Shown piece after piece: positions 1 to 8,357 of a stretch of 64,000 nt of DNA. Below the pieces are notes generated by a model that was given only the letters and a program-made list of their open reading frames with translations, was not told the origin of the DNA and made no database searches. Positions within the stretch are counted from its first letter, which is position 1. Each line of letters begins with the position of its first letter. This stretch comes from an uncultured Clostridia bacterium. GTDB taxonomy: Bacteria; Bacillota; Clostridia; Christensenellales; CAG-138. The stretch is from NCBI GenBank assembly GCA_934633985.1, contig CAKTYU010000004.1, positions 11,519 through 75,518 of the forward strand, written 5' to 3'. The position numbers and the translations under genes were made by a program.

Positions 1-57
1 TAAATATATGCAAAAACATGCCCTGACCGTTTTTTAAATCCCTTTTGATATTATTTC

Positions 58-105
58 GAAAAAGGGCTTGACGGCGTTTTTCCCGCGCCGTCAGGCCCTC
101 TTTTG
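58..105. terminator. bidirectional rho-independent terminator
   Basis: 13-bp GC-rich stem GGGCTTGACGGCG (64-76) / CGCCGTCAGGCCC (86-98), flanked by an A-tract (59-63) and a T-tract (100-104). Lies just downstream of the minus-strand SpoIID-like gene. Confidence 0.6.
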
Positions 106-112
106 CTTTATC

Positions 113-3100
113 CTATTGATCTGAAAGGCTTACGTACTTGTCGTACAGGAAGCCGTACTGATCCTTGCACCTTGCGAAGCACCATCCGTCGGACACGTAA
201 TACACCGTCACGCTCTCGCCCTTGTCCAGCCTGCCCAGCTTGCTGCTGCCGGTGGAGGGGCCGCTCCTGATGTTCACCTCGGAATTGGTCACGCACTTCT
301 GCGGCGTTATGCCAGCGCTGACCTTTTGTATGTCCACGGTGCCCTCCTTCGTGGGCTTTAGATGGTCTGAGCTTATAAAGCCCGCCTGACCGCCGTATAC
401 GACGTAATACCAGTTTCCCGTCCGGCCTATTATCTCCACCTCCGCGCCCTTTTTGAGGGTCTCGTAGACCTTGGTGTTCTTGGTGCTTGGTCCGCTCCTG
501 AAGTTCACCTTGGAGCCGGTCTCGCCCCGCGGCAGCGCCACGCCGGAGCCGCCGCCGGGCTTTGCAGCGGTATCCTTATCCTTCTCTCCCGCGCCTACCG
601 CCGTGCCCTTGTCCTGCGCCGTGCCGGTGACGTACTTTGCGTATATGTAGCCCCGGGTACCCTTGTATTCCACCAGCCGCCAGCCGTTTTCATCGGCGTA
701 TACCGTGACCTCCGTGCCCTTGGGAAGCCGCGCCAGCTTCTTGGTACCGGAGGAGGGGCCCTGCCGCATATTCACGTTGGCGTTGGTCTTGCCTGTGCCT
801 ATGGCGTCGTCGCTTTCCGCCTTGCCCGCATCCTGCTGCGCGTTCCCCGCGTAAGCCTCCGTGACCTTTACGTACTTCGAGCTTACAAAGCCCGCCGTGC
901 CGTCGGAGGTCTTAACGGAGTACCAGCCGTCCGTCTTGCCGTAAAGCGTAAGCTCGGTATTCTTTTTGAGGGTAGCTATCACCGCCGAATCGGTGTTGCC
1001 TCCCTTGCGGAGCCTTACGCTGCCCGTGGTAACGCCCTTTCCGGAAGCGTCCGAGCCGTTTATCCTCTGGTCGCCCGTCTGCTGTATATAATCCTTATGC
1101 ACATACCCCTTTAGCTGCCCTGTCTGGACGCTGTACCAGCTTCCGGACTGTCCCAGTATGTATACGCCGGTGTTCTTTTCCAGCTTCTTCAGTGAATTAT
1201 ACGACGTGCCGGGGCCTATCCGCATATTCACGCCGGAGGCGGTCACACGGCCTGCCTTTACCGTATCCCCGCCGTCCTCCTGCTTAGGCGCCGTCGCGGC
1301 GTTATCCGGGGCCTTGCCTTCCTCCTGCTTGTCCCCGCCCGCGACCTTTACATAGCTTTCGCTGATATAGCCCAGCTTGCCCTCCGCCTCACCGTAATAC
1401 CAGCCGCCGGTCTTGCCGTATATGCTTATTTTTGTGTTTTTATCCAGCCTGCCTATGCTGGCGTAAGAAGCGGCGGGGCCCTTGCGGAAGTTTACCCCCT
1501 GCCCCGTCACCACGCCGGAGGCCACGGGCTCCGGGACCAGCACCGTCGCCGGCGGCCCGTCCTCAGCATTTCCGCCGCTTTCCCCGCCGGTATCCGGCGG
1601 CTTCACCTCGGCGTCCGGCTGCTGCGCCGGGTAGCCCGTTATGCTCACGTATGTGGATATGACGTATCCCTTGCTCCCGCTCGGCGTGGATACCAGATAC
1701 CATCCTCCCTTGGAACCGTATATGTATAGCCGCGTATCCCTGTCCAGCTTGTCTATGCTCTCATAGGAGGTGCCGGGGCCCGTCCTCATGTTCACGCCGG
1801 AGCCGTTCACCGTTCCGTATGCCCTCACGCCCTCCGGCGCGTCTGCATCGGGTGGGGCGGAGGGCTGCGGGGTAGCCTCGGCCTGTGCGCCGCTATTCTT
1901 GTTTACGGGATCCTGTGGCTCAGATACCCTTATGCTTGCAAGGGATGCGCCGGGATAGTAGAAGCTCAGTATTTCCCGATAGCTCATGCCCGCGCTCCCC
2001 ATCGCCTGCGCACCGCGCTGGCTCATGCCCACGCCGTGGCCGTAGCGCACATGGTATATCCTGTAATATCCCGATGAGTCCATCTCGCCCCAGTATGCGC
2101 GCAGGGTCTTGTCGTACACCACGCCATAGCTCTCCAGCTCGCTCGTATAGAACTCCAGGGCCACGCTTCTTGAATCCGAACCGCTCTGGCTCGCCGCAAG
2201 CTCTATGCTGCATTTTGACATGCAGCGGCTGGTGCCGGAGTGCTTGGGCGTATGGAGCGATACGGAGTATATACCGTCTATCTGGTTGACCTGATATCCC
2301 AGCGCCCTTGACGCCTTATCCAGCAGCATATTCATAAGCGCCGGGCTTATCTCTCCTCCCATATTCACCGGGAGCTTTACGGTCTCCATCTTGCTGTATG
2401 CGTTGCTGAGGTCGTAAGGATCCAGCCGTATATCGTAGCCGCTGTCGCTCACCCGCTTTGCGGGCCAGGCCTGGCTGGGCAAAAGGGTCTCGCCGCCGTT
2501 GCTTGCGGCGTAATAGGTGCAGAGCATCCTGCCGTTTACCGCAAGTATTTCGCCGAGCGTGCTGTCCACCGCCGCTATTACGTTTGTATAGGAGGCGTTG
2601 TAGCCCTTGTATACCTGCTCCGCCGAGGTGTCCCCTATATAGTAATCTCCCGAGGCGGTCATGTTTGAAAGCACATAGCACTTTGCCGCCACAGCCTGCG
2701 CCTTAAGCGCCTCTATGGGGAAGGTGTCGCTCATCTCATACCCCACCACGCCGTAAAGGTAGTGGGCCAGCGGCACCTCGTTCACCACGCGGATATAGCC
2801 GGAGGACATCACCTTCAGGTTAAAGTGACCAAGGTAGCACCTGCCGTTGAGCTTCATGTAGCCCGCATCCCGCGCTACCCTCTCGCGCATCACGGAAAGC
2901 GACCGGCCGGTATACAGCTCGCCCTGGGAGCCGGAATGGTAAAGCGTCATGGTGCCGTCGCCGTTGCTGCGTACAGTCACGGTGCCTCCGGTGAACTCCG
3001 CGCCGTTTTCCTTTACGAAGTACCTGCCGGAAGCATACATGGTGAGAACGGTGGCGTTATTTGTGGAGAGCTTTACCTTTATCCAACTGTAATCCTCCGC

Positions 3101-3172
3101 CGCGTGAGCCTGCTGCGGCACGGCGCAGAGCAGCACCGCCGCCATAAGCATCGCCAACAACCTCTTGATCAT
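113..3172 (-). CDS. secreted SpoIID/LytB-domain protein with seven C-terminal SH3b-like repeats
   Basis: 1019-aa ORF. Signal peptide MIKRLLAMLMAAVLLCAVPQQAHA. SpoIID core includes YHVRYGHGVGMSQRGAQAM. Seven tandem ~60-aa repeats follow with pattern G.VN.R.GP...(L/I)..L.K......G..G.WY.V....G.GY......V. Confidence 0.85.
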   Translation of the reverse strand: MIKRLLAMLMAAVLLCAVPQQAHAAEDYSWIKVKLSTNNATVLTMYASGRYFVKENGAEFTGGTVTVRSNGDGTMTLYHSGSQGELYTGRSLSVMRERVARDAGYMKLNGRCYLGHFNLKVMSSGYIRVVNEVPLAHYLYGVVGYEMSDTFPIEALKAQAVAAKCYVLSNMTASGDYYIGDTSAEQVYKGYNASYTNVIAAVDSTLGEILAVNGRMLCTYYAASNGGETLLPSQAWPAKRVSDSGYDIRLDPYDLSNAYSKMETVKLPVNMGGEISPALMNMLLDKASRALGYQVNQIDGIYSVSLHTPKHSGTSRCMSKCSIELAASQSGSDSRSVALEFYTSELESYGVVYDKTLRAYWGEMDSSGYYRIYHVRYGHGVGMSQRGAQAMGSAGMSYREILSFYYPGASLASIRVSEPQDPVNKNSGAQAEATPQPSAPPDADAPEGVRAYGTVNGSGVNMRTGPGTSYESIDKLDRDTRLYIYGSKGGWYLVSTPSGSKGYVISTYVSITGYPAQQPDAEVKPPDTGGESGGNAEDGPPATVLVPEPVASGVVTGQGVNFRKGPAASYASIGRLDKNTKISIYGKTGGWYYGEAEGKLGYISESYVKVAGGDKQEEGKAPDNAATAPKQEDGGDTVKAGRVTASGVNMRIGPGTSYNSLKKLEKNTGVYILGQSGSWYSVQTGQLKGYVHKDYIQQTGDQRINGSDASGKGVTTGSVRLRKGGNTDSAVIATLKKNTELTLYGKTDGWYSVKTSDGTAGFVSSKYVKVTEAYAGNAQQDAGKAESDDAIGTGKTNANVNMRQGPSSGTKKLARLPKGTEVTVYADENGWRLVEYKGTRGYIYAKYVTGTAQDKGTAVGAGEKDKDTAAKPGGGSGVALPRGETGSKVNFRSGPSTKNTKVYETLKKGAEVEIIGRTGNWYYVVYGGQAGFISSDHLKPTKEGTVDIQKVSAGITPQKCVTNSEVNIRSGPSTGSSKLGRLDKGESVTVYYVSDGWCFARCKDQYGFLYDKYVSLSDQ

Positions 3173-3298
3173 GCGTTACCCCTAAAAAAACATAAATTGC
3201 TCGAACTGTATCGAATTATATAGAAATATACCATATATCGTCGTAATTGTGTGGGTTTGCACAGTTTATTTACAAATTTGAGACAAAATACCGGCTGC

Positions 3299-3329
3299 AA
3301 AAAAGCTCCCCCGCTTATCCCGGGGGAGC
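3299..3329 (-). terminator. rho-independent terminator after the msmX-like gene
   Basis: Minus strand reads GCTCCCCCG-GGATAA-GCGGGGGAGC followed by TTTTTT. Confidence 0.75.
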
Positions 3330-3350
3330 ATACAGCCTTTAATATTATGC

Positions 3351-4535
3351 TTAGATGAGGTTCTTTTCGTCCTGCTTGCTGAACATGTGCAGCACGTTGC
3401 CGCCGAAGGTGAAGTTTATCCTGTTTCCGTAGCTGAACATCTGATGGGCGCTGCCCTCGAGGTCCATGGTGGGGATTATCACCACAACGTCCTTGCCGTT
3501 GGCCTCCACGTGGAGATGCACGGAGCTTCCCATCATCTCGGATACGTCCACCGTCGCGCTGATGTGCGCCGCCGCGTCGTCTGAGCACAGCATTATGTGC
3601 TCCGGCCTGATGCCGAGGGTTATATCCTGCGGCTCGGCGTTTTTGTCCCTAAGCGCCTGCTGCTTATCCTCGGGCAGGCACACCTTGGCGCCGTCCAGCT
3701 CAATATAGTACCCGTCGGCGTCCTTATCCAGCCTTGCATCGAAGAAGTTCATCTGGGGAGTGCCTATGAAGCCCGCCACGAAGAGGTTCGCGGGGTGGTT
3801 GAACACCTCCTGAGGGGTGCCTATCTGCTGTATGAAGCCGTCCCGCATTATTACTATGCGGTCGCCCAGGGTCATTGCCTCGGTCTGGTCGTGGGTCACG
3901 TAAACGAAGGTGGTATTTATCCTCTGACGCAGCTTTATAAGCTCGGCGCGCATCTGGTTGCGGAGCTTTGCGTCGAGGTTGGAGAGGGGCTCGTCCATCA
4001 GGAATACGGCAGGGTCGCGCACTATCGCCCGCCCTATGGCCACGCGCTGGCGCTGTCCGCCGGAGAGGGCCTTGGGCTTGCGGTCGAGATACTCGGTTAT
4101 GTCCAGTATTTCCGCCGCTTCCCTTACCTTGCGGTCTATCTCGTCCTTAGGGGTTTTTTTGAGCTTGAGCGAGAAGGCCATATTCTCATATACCGTCATG
4201 TGAGGATACAGCGCGTAGTTCTGGAATACCATGGCGATATTCCTGTCCTTGGGGGCCACGTCGTTCATAAGCTTGTCGCCTATGTACAGCTCGCCGGCGG
4301 TGATGTCCTCCAGCCCCGCTATCATACGCAGGGTAGTGGACTTTCCGCATCCGGAGGGGCCAACCAGCACGATAAATTCCTTGTCCGCGATGTCGAGGTT
4401 GAACTCCTGCACCGCCACGACGCCCTCGTCCGTGATCTGAAGGTTGTGCTTCTTTTCGGCCTGTTCCTTGGCCTTTTTCTTGGGCTCGCTGTTGGGGTAG
4501 ACCTTCTTGATGTTTTTCAGGCTTACTTCTGCCAT
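3351..4535 (-). CDS. msmX: orphan sugar ABC transporter ATP-binding protein (MsmX/MalK/UgpC type)
   Basis: Walker A GPSGCGKST, signature LSGGQRQR, Walker B FLMDEPLSNLD, MalK-type C-terminal domain. Close to my recollection of B. subtilis MsmX. No permease or binding-protein gene adjacent. ATG 4535 (MAEVSLKNIKK) chosen by homology; TTG 4571 is the ORF-track start. Confidence 0.9.
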   Translation of the reverse strand: MAEVSLKNIKKVYPNSEPKKKAKEQAEKKHNLQITDEGVVAVQEFNLDIADKEFIVLVGPSGCGKSTTLRMIAGLEDITAGELYIGDKLMNDVAPKDRNIAMVFQNYALYPHMTVYENMAFSLKLKKTPKDEIDRKVREAAEILDITEYLDRKPKALSGGQRQRVAIGRAIVRDPAVFLMDEPLSNLDAKLRNQMRAELIKLRQRINTTFVYVTHDQTEAMTLGDRIVIMRDGFIQQIGTPQEVFNHPANLFVAGFIGTPQMNFFDARLDKDADGYYIELDGAKVCLPEDKQQALRDKNAEPQDITLGIRPEHIMLCSDDAAAHISATVDVSEMMGSSVHLHVEANGKDVVVIIPTMDLEGSAHQMFSYGNRINFTFGGNVLHMFSKQDEKNLI

Positions 4536-4913
4536 ATTCTTTTTTCGGCTGCGACCGTCCTGCCTCCGCAATGAACGGCCTCGGGATAAAGGCGCTTATC
4601 CCATTACGACAGGTCTCCACACTGCCGCACCGCCAGCCGCGGCGGATCTTCTCCTTTTTTAGCCCCTCGCGCGTTATTTTTTAAGTGGAGTAACGCGCAG
4701 GGGTTAAATAGGCTTATTTTATTAAATATAGCACATCCGCCCGCGCCATTTCAACGCCTGCACGCCGTATTTTTTCACTTTTTCCATAAAGAAAAACGGC
4801 GAATTTGTTAAAGGATAAACTTTTCTTGAAAATGCCCCCGCCGATGCTATATTATAGTCTGTGTAGAAATATAATTTCCCCCACAGCTTCTTATGTTCCC
4901 CGGAGGACTTCAA

Positions 4914-5792
4914 ATGTATTGCCTTGACAATATCGACAATATAAAAAACACCGTGCGGCCTAAAAAGACCGCCCACGTTTACGTTCCCTACAACTGCGGC
5001 AGGAAGTGCCCCTTCTGCGAATCCCGCAAGATGTACGATACGCTGGACGTTTCGTTGGATAGGACCCTCGAGGTGCTGCGCCGCATAGCGGATTCCGACA
5101 TCGAGGATATTATGATAACCGGCGGCGAGCCCTGCGACAATCTGGATTATCTCGGCAGGATGCTGGATATCCTCAAGGACAAGATAGTATACGTGAACAC
5201 CCTTTTCCCGTCAGAGTCCGCAAGGGAAACAGCCCATATATTCGACGTGGAATACCCCTGCGTAAAGGGCATAAACGTATCCCGCCACCTTTCCACATAC
5301 GAAAAGGACTCCGCCTTTCTCCACGCCCCCGCCCCAGACGACGTATTGGGCAGCCTTAAGGTCCCGGTACGCATAAACTGCGTGATACAGGATAAGCGCG
5401 CCCCGTTTTCATGGGTGGATTCCGTCGTGCAGCGCTGGGAAAAGCAGCACGCCCGCAAGCCCGATCTCGAGCTGCACTTCCGGGAGAACTTCAACGAGGT
5501 AACGGCGGAGAACCTGCACATACAGGACAGCCCCTTCCTCAAGACGCTGTGCGAAAGCTACAAATACCACTATTACAGCATGGGCACCTCCTTTGACGAC
5601 GTATCCTTCCTGTCGGACAGCGGCATGACGGTGTACTACCACAAGATACTGCCTTACAGTATATGCAAAATAGGCCCCCTCACCATACTGCACGAGATGG
5701 TGGTCTTTCCCGACGCCGAGGTATGCACCGACTGGGACGGCAGCAAGGACGGGCTTGAGGAATACTGCAAATGGGTAAATTATAAGCTATAA
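4914..5792 (+). CDS. radical SAM protein of unknown function, monocistronic
   Basis: CxxxCxxC cluster motif in YNCGRKCPFCESR and a SAM-binding MITGGEP motif. GGAGGA lies 6 nt upstream of ATG 4914 (MYCLDNIDN), so the ORF-track start 4893 is probably too early. Unrecognised C-terminal ~150 aa. Confidence 0.75.
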   Translation: MYCLDNIDNIKNTVRPKKTAHVYVPYNCGRKCPFCESRKMYDTLDVSLDRTLEVLRRIADSDIEDIMITGGEPCDNLDYLGRMLDILKDKIVYVNTLFPSESARETAHIFDVEYPCVKGINVSRHLSTYEKDSAFLHAPAPDDVLGSLKVPVRINCVIQDKRAPFSWVDSVVQRWEKQHARKPDLELHFRENFNEVTAENLHIQDSPFLKTLCESYKYHYYSMGTSFDDVSFLSDSGMTVYYHKILPYSICKIGPLTILHEMVVFPDAEVCTDWDGSKDGLEEYCKWVNYKL

Positions 5793-5796
5793 CCGC

Positions 5797-5826
5797 AAAA
5801 AAGGCCGGATCGCTCCGGCCTTTTTG
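5797..5826. terminator. bidirectional terminator between convergent radical SAM and GNAT genes
   Basis: AAAAAA-GGCCGGA-TCGC-TCCGGCC-TTTTT. Confidence 0.75.
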
Positions 5827-5836
5827 TTTTGTCGCG

Positions 5837-6388
5837 TCATATTTCCTTTATCATGGTGAATAGGCCGAGGCGCTTACCGTCCCGGCTGTGTATCGCGTTG
5901 GGAAGCTCCCCCGTCACCCGATAGCCCAGCCCTTCATAAAGGCCCCGCGCCCTGTCGTTGCCCTCTATAAATTCCAGCTCCATCTGGCTTATGCCCATGG
6001 CCTTGGCCTGCTTCTCAAGGGCGTTCATCATTATCGTGCCGAGGCCTCTGCCCCAGTATTTGCTTATCACGCTTATGCCCAGCCGCGCCCTGTGCCGCAC
6101 CTTGGACTTGGTCATGCCGGCGCAGTTCAGCGAGCACAGGCCGGCAAGCTCGCCGTCTATATCGCACACCAGCAGCAGCGAGCCGTCCGACTCGTTGCTC
6201 ATCTGTATGAATGCCGCCTCGCTCTCTTCACTCCGTATTACCTCGTCCGGGTAGTGCATGAGGTATTCTGTCTCGCCGGAGCATATACGCATGAGCTCCA
6301 GCACCTTGCCGCCCTCGCAGGGCTCCGGGTTTCGCAGCACGCCGTATGTCTTATCCTTAAGCCGTATAAGCTCAGCATCGTATCTCAT
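5837..6388 (-). CDS. GNAT family N-acetyltransferase
   Basis: Acetyl-CoA binding motif YWGRGLGTIMM. ATG 6388 (MRYDAELIRL) overlaps the upstream stop as TGATG, so the 216-aa ORF-track version is probably over-extended. Confidence 0.8.
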   Translation of the reverse strand: MRYDAELIRLKDKTYGVLRNPEPCEGGKVLELMRICSGETEYLMHYPDEVIRSEESEAAFIQMSNESDGSLLLVCDIDGELAGLCSLNCAGMTKSKVRHRARLGISVISKYWGRGLGTIMMNALEKQAKAMGISQMELEFIEGNDRARGLYEGLGYRVTGELPNAIHSRDGKRLGLFTMIKEI

Positions 6389-7305
6389 CAGACGTCCTCG
6401 ACATTCTTCCTTCCCGCCCTGCGCCTGCGCTTGCCCTTCAGGCTCGCATCCATCTTGAGCGCACCGTGGGGGCATACGGTTATGCACTTGCCGCAGCGTA
6501 TGCAGTCGGTAGAGTTTGGCTGCTTATATACGGGTATATCCAAGCCGCAGGCCCTCTGGCATGCACCGCACTCCACGCAGCGGCTCTTGCTCACCCGCAT
6601 CCTTACCAGCGACACGGGATTCATAAGGCCATATATGGCTCCAAGAGGGCAAAGATAGCGGCAGAACGGGCGGAACACGAGTATAGAGCCCGTGATTATC
6701 ACCACCAGCAAAAACAGCTTCCATGTAAACAGCCAGCCTATGACGCTTCTAAGCTCCCGGTTCAGGGCGAGCAGAGGTATGCCGCCCAGCAGCGTGCCGG
6801 AGGGGCATATCCACTTGCAGAACCACGGCATGCCCACGCCGTATGAGCCCTTGGCAAGCATGGGCAGCAGTATGCACATGACCACGAGCACCACATAGCG
6901 CAGCTTGCGAAGGTAATTCTCGCCGGGCAGCCGCCGTATCTTTTTCTTTGGCGGTATCTTGAAGAGCAGGTCCTGCACCAGCCCGAAGGGGCATAGCCAG
7001 CCGCACACTATCCTGCCCAGCAGCGCGCCTATCGTTATAAGCGTGCCCAATACGTAAAACGGGAAACCGCTCACCCTTCCCGCCAGCGCATTTTGCAGCG
7101 AGCCCATGGGGCACGCGCCCCATGCGCCCGGGCAGGAATAGCAGTTCAGTCCCGGGACGCATATATTCTTGGCGCCGCCCTGATATATTGTCCCGTTTAT
7201 ATAGCCCGAGGCATAGCTGTTTGTCAGCAGCGTCCAGCAGGCCTGAAAATATACGCGCGCCCTAATAAAGGGGTGGTTCTTCTTTTTTCTTTTTTTCTTA
7301 TCCAA
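6388..7305 (-). CDS. integral-membrane 4Fe-4S polyferredoxin (NapH/MauN/RdhC-like)
   Basis: N-terminal CYSCPGAWGACP motif, several hydrophobic helices, and C-terminal 2x[4Fe-4S] motifs CVECGACQRAC and CIRCGKCITVCP. The only possible start is TTG 7305, which overlaps the upstream small ORF by 8 nt. Confidence 0.8.
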   Translation of the reverse strand: MDKKKRKKKNHPFIRARVYFQACWTLLTNSYASGYINGTIYQGGAKNICVPGLNCYSCPGAWGACPMGSLQNALAGRVSGFPFYVLGTLITIGALLGRIVCGWLCPFGLVQDLLFKIPPKKKIRRLPGENYLRKLRYVVLVVMCILLPMLAKGSYGVGMPWFCKWICPSGTLLGGIPLLALNRELRSVIGWLFTWKLFLLVVIITGSILVFRPFCRYLCPLGAIYGLMNPVSLVRMRVSKSRCVECGACQRACGLDIPVYKQPNSTDCIRCGKCITVCPHGALKMDASLKGKRRRRAGRKNVEDV

Positions 7306-7438
7306 GGCCGATACACTCCATGCATATCATTATGGCCTTTTGCATGACGGCGTTGGCCTCGCCCTTTACCGCGCCTATGACGATAAAGGCCAGCCCTGCC
7401 GCTAAAAGTGCCAATGATATAATACTACGCTTTTTCAT
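7298..7438 (-). CDS. 46-aa single-TM CXXC peptide (CD1871A-like), absent from the ORF track
   Basis: Own translation: MKKRSIISLALLAAGLAFIVIGAVKGEANAVMQKAIMICMECIGLG. Positive N-terminus, one TM helix, C-terminal C-M-E-C-I-G-L-G. Overlaps both neighbouring genes (14 nt upstream, 8 nt downstream). Matches my recollection of the NCBI 'CD1871A family CXXC motif-containing protein'. Confidence 0.65.
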   Translation of the reverse strand: MKKRSIISLALLAAGLAFIVIGAVKGEANAVMQKAIMICMECIGLG

Positions 7439-8351
7439 TCATCACCGTTTCTATAATGTCTATCCATTTCTGCTTGCTCTTTGCGCCGTGGACCACCGTT
7501 ATGAGCCTGCCCTCGGAGTCGTAAAACTTCGTCGTGGGCACCGTATTTACGCCCTGGAGCATGGTTTTTATCACGCTCGAGCTGGCGGTAATGTTGGTGA
7601 AATTGCCCCCTGCGCTTTCAAACATCTCCTTGGAGCTGAGCACCATATCGGGATTCTCCGGCATCGCGTCCGCCGAGAGGCCGATTATCCTGAAGCCGCT
7701 TCCCTTGTATTCCCTTGCCAATTCTGAGAGATCACCCATCTCTTGCAGACAGCTCGGTCAGGTACGGGTCCAGATGTTCACCATGGTCACGCTGCTCTTG
7801 CCGAACAGGCTGCTGCCGACGCTGCTGCCGTCCAGCGTGGTGGTCTCGAAGCTGATGGCCTTTGAGCCGCTCTCATAGGAGAGGGACTGCTTTGTATAGT
7901 TGCCGGCGTATGGCGTCCTTACTTTTTTCTCGGGCGCGGAGGTAGGAGTAGCCTCGGGCTTTTTCTCGTCCTTCTTTTCGTCCTTCTTGCCGTCCTTTTT
8001 GCCGTCCTGCTTCTCTTCCTTCCGCTCCTTGCCGCCGCTCTGCTTGTCCTCCTGTTTTTGGGGCCGCCTTGTGGGCGTTGGCGTGGGCTCGGGGGTGGGT
8101 ACCGGGGTAACTACGGGCTGCGGGGTGGTATATCCGGTTATGGCGACAAAGGTAGTGTCGTCGCCGTAATGCTCGTCGTCCAGATATCCTACGTCCACCA
8201 TGACAAAGGTGTCCGCCTGCGCCCTTTTCGCGCAGCCAAAGGAGCATAAAAAGCCCGCCGCCAGCACTGCCGGCAAAACCCTTTTGGCCGCCCTGTGAGC
8301 ATGTCCCCTTTTACTTGCGGCACATGCCGAATATTCTTCCTTCTTATACAT
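7425..8351 (-). CDS. membrane-anchored TlpA/ResA-type thioredoxin-fold protein with in-frame UGA (probable selenocysteine) at 7758-7760
   Basis: ORFs 7758..8351 and 7425..7739 share a frame (612 nt apart). Read-through gives ...GKSSVTMVNIWTRT-[UGA]-PSCLQEMGDLSELAREYKGSGFRIIGLSAD...VPTTKFYDSEGRL. The UGA is at the first Cys of the WCxxC motif. N-terminal hydrophobic anchor with possible lipobox, then a Pro/Thr- and Lys/Glu-rich linker. Confidence 0.7.
7723..7749 (-). promoter_or_regulatory. candidate bacterial SECIS hairpin
   Basis: mRNA after UGA: CCGAGCUG-U-CUG-CA-AGAGAU-GGGUG-AUCUCU-CAG-A. Six-bp upper stem, GGGUG apical loop, 3-4 bp lower stem with a 2-nt bulge. The first loop G is 21 nt after the UGA. 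Confidence 0.55.
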
Positions 8352-8357
8352 GATTTG

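Noticed and set aside
7758-7760. Reading the TGA as a plain nonsense mutation, making the thioredoxin-fold gene a pseudogene.
   Set aside because: Not fully excluded; a Cys codon is one substitution from TGA. It is disfavoured for three reasons: the stop is exactly at the redox Cys, the downstream frame is intact to a normal C-terminus, and a SECIS-like hairpin sits at the expected distance. It is therefore kept as a finding with explicit refutation criteria rather than called a pseudogene.
7880-8110. Nucleotide-level tandem repetition in the Lys/Glu/Pro/Thr-rich linker of the thioredoxin-fold gene, as a possible independent repeat element.
   Set aside because: It is in frame and simply encodes a low-complexity linker (PTPEPTPTPT..., KKDGKKDEKKDEKK). 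There is no evidence of function beyond being a spacer between the anchor and the domain.
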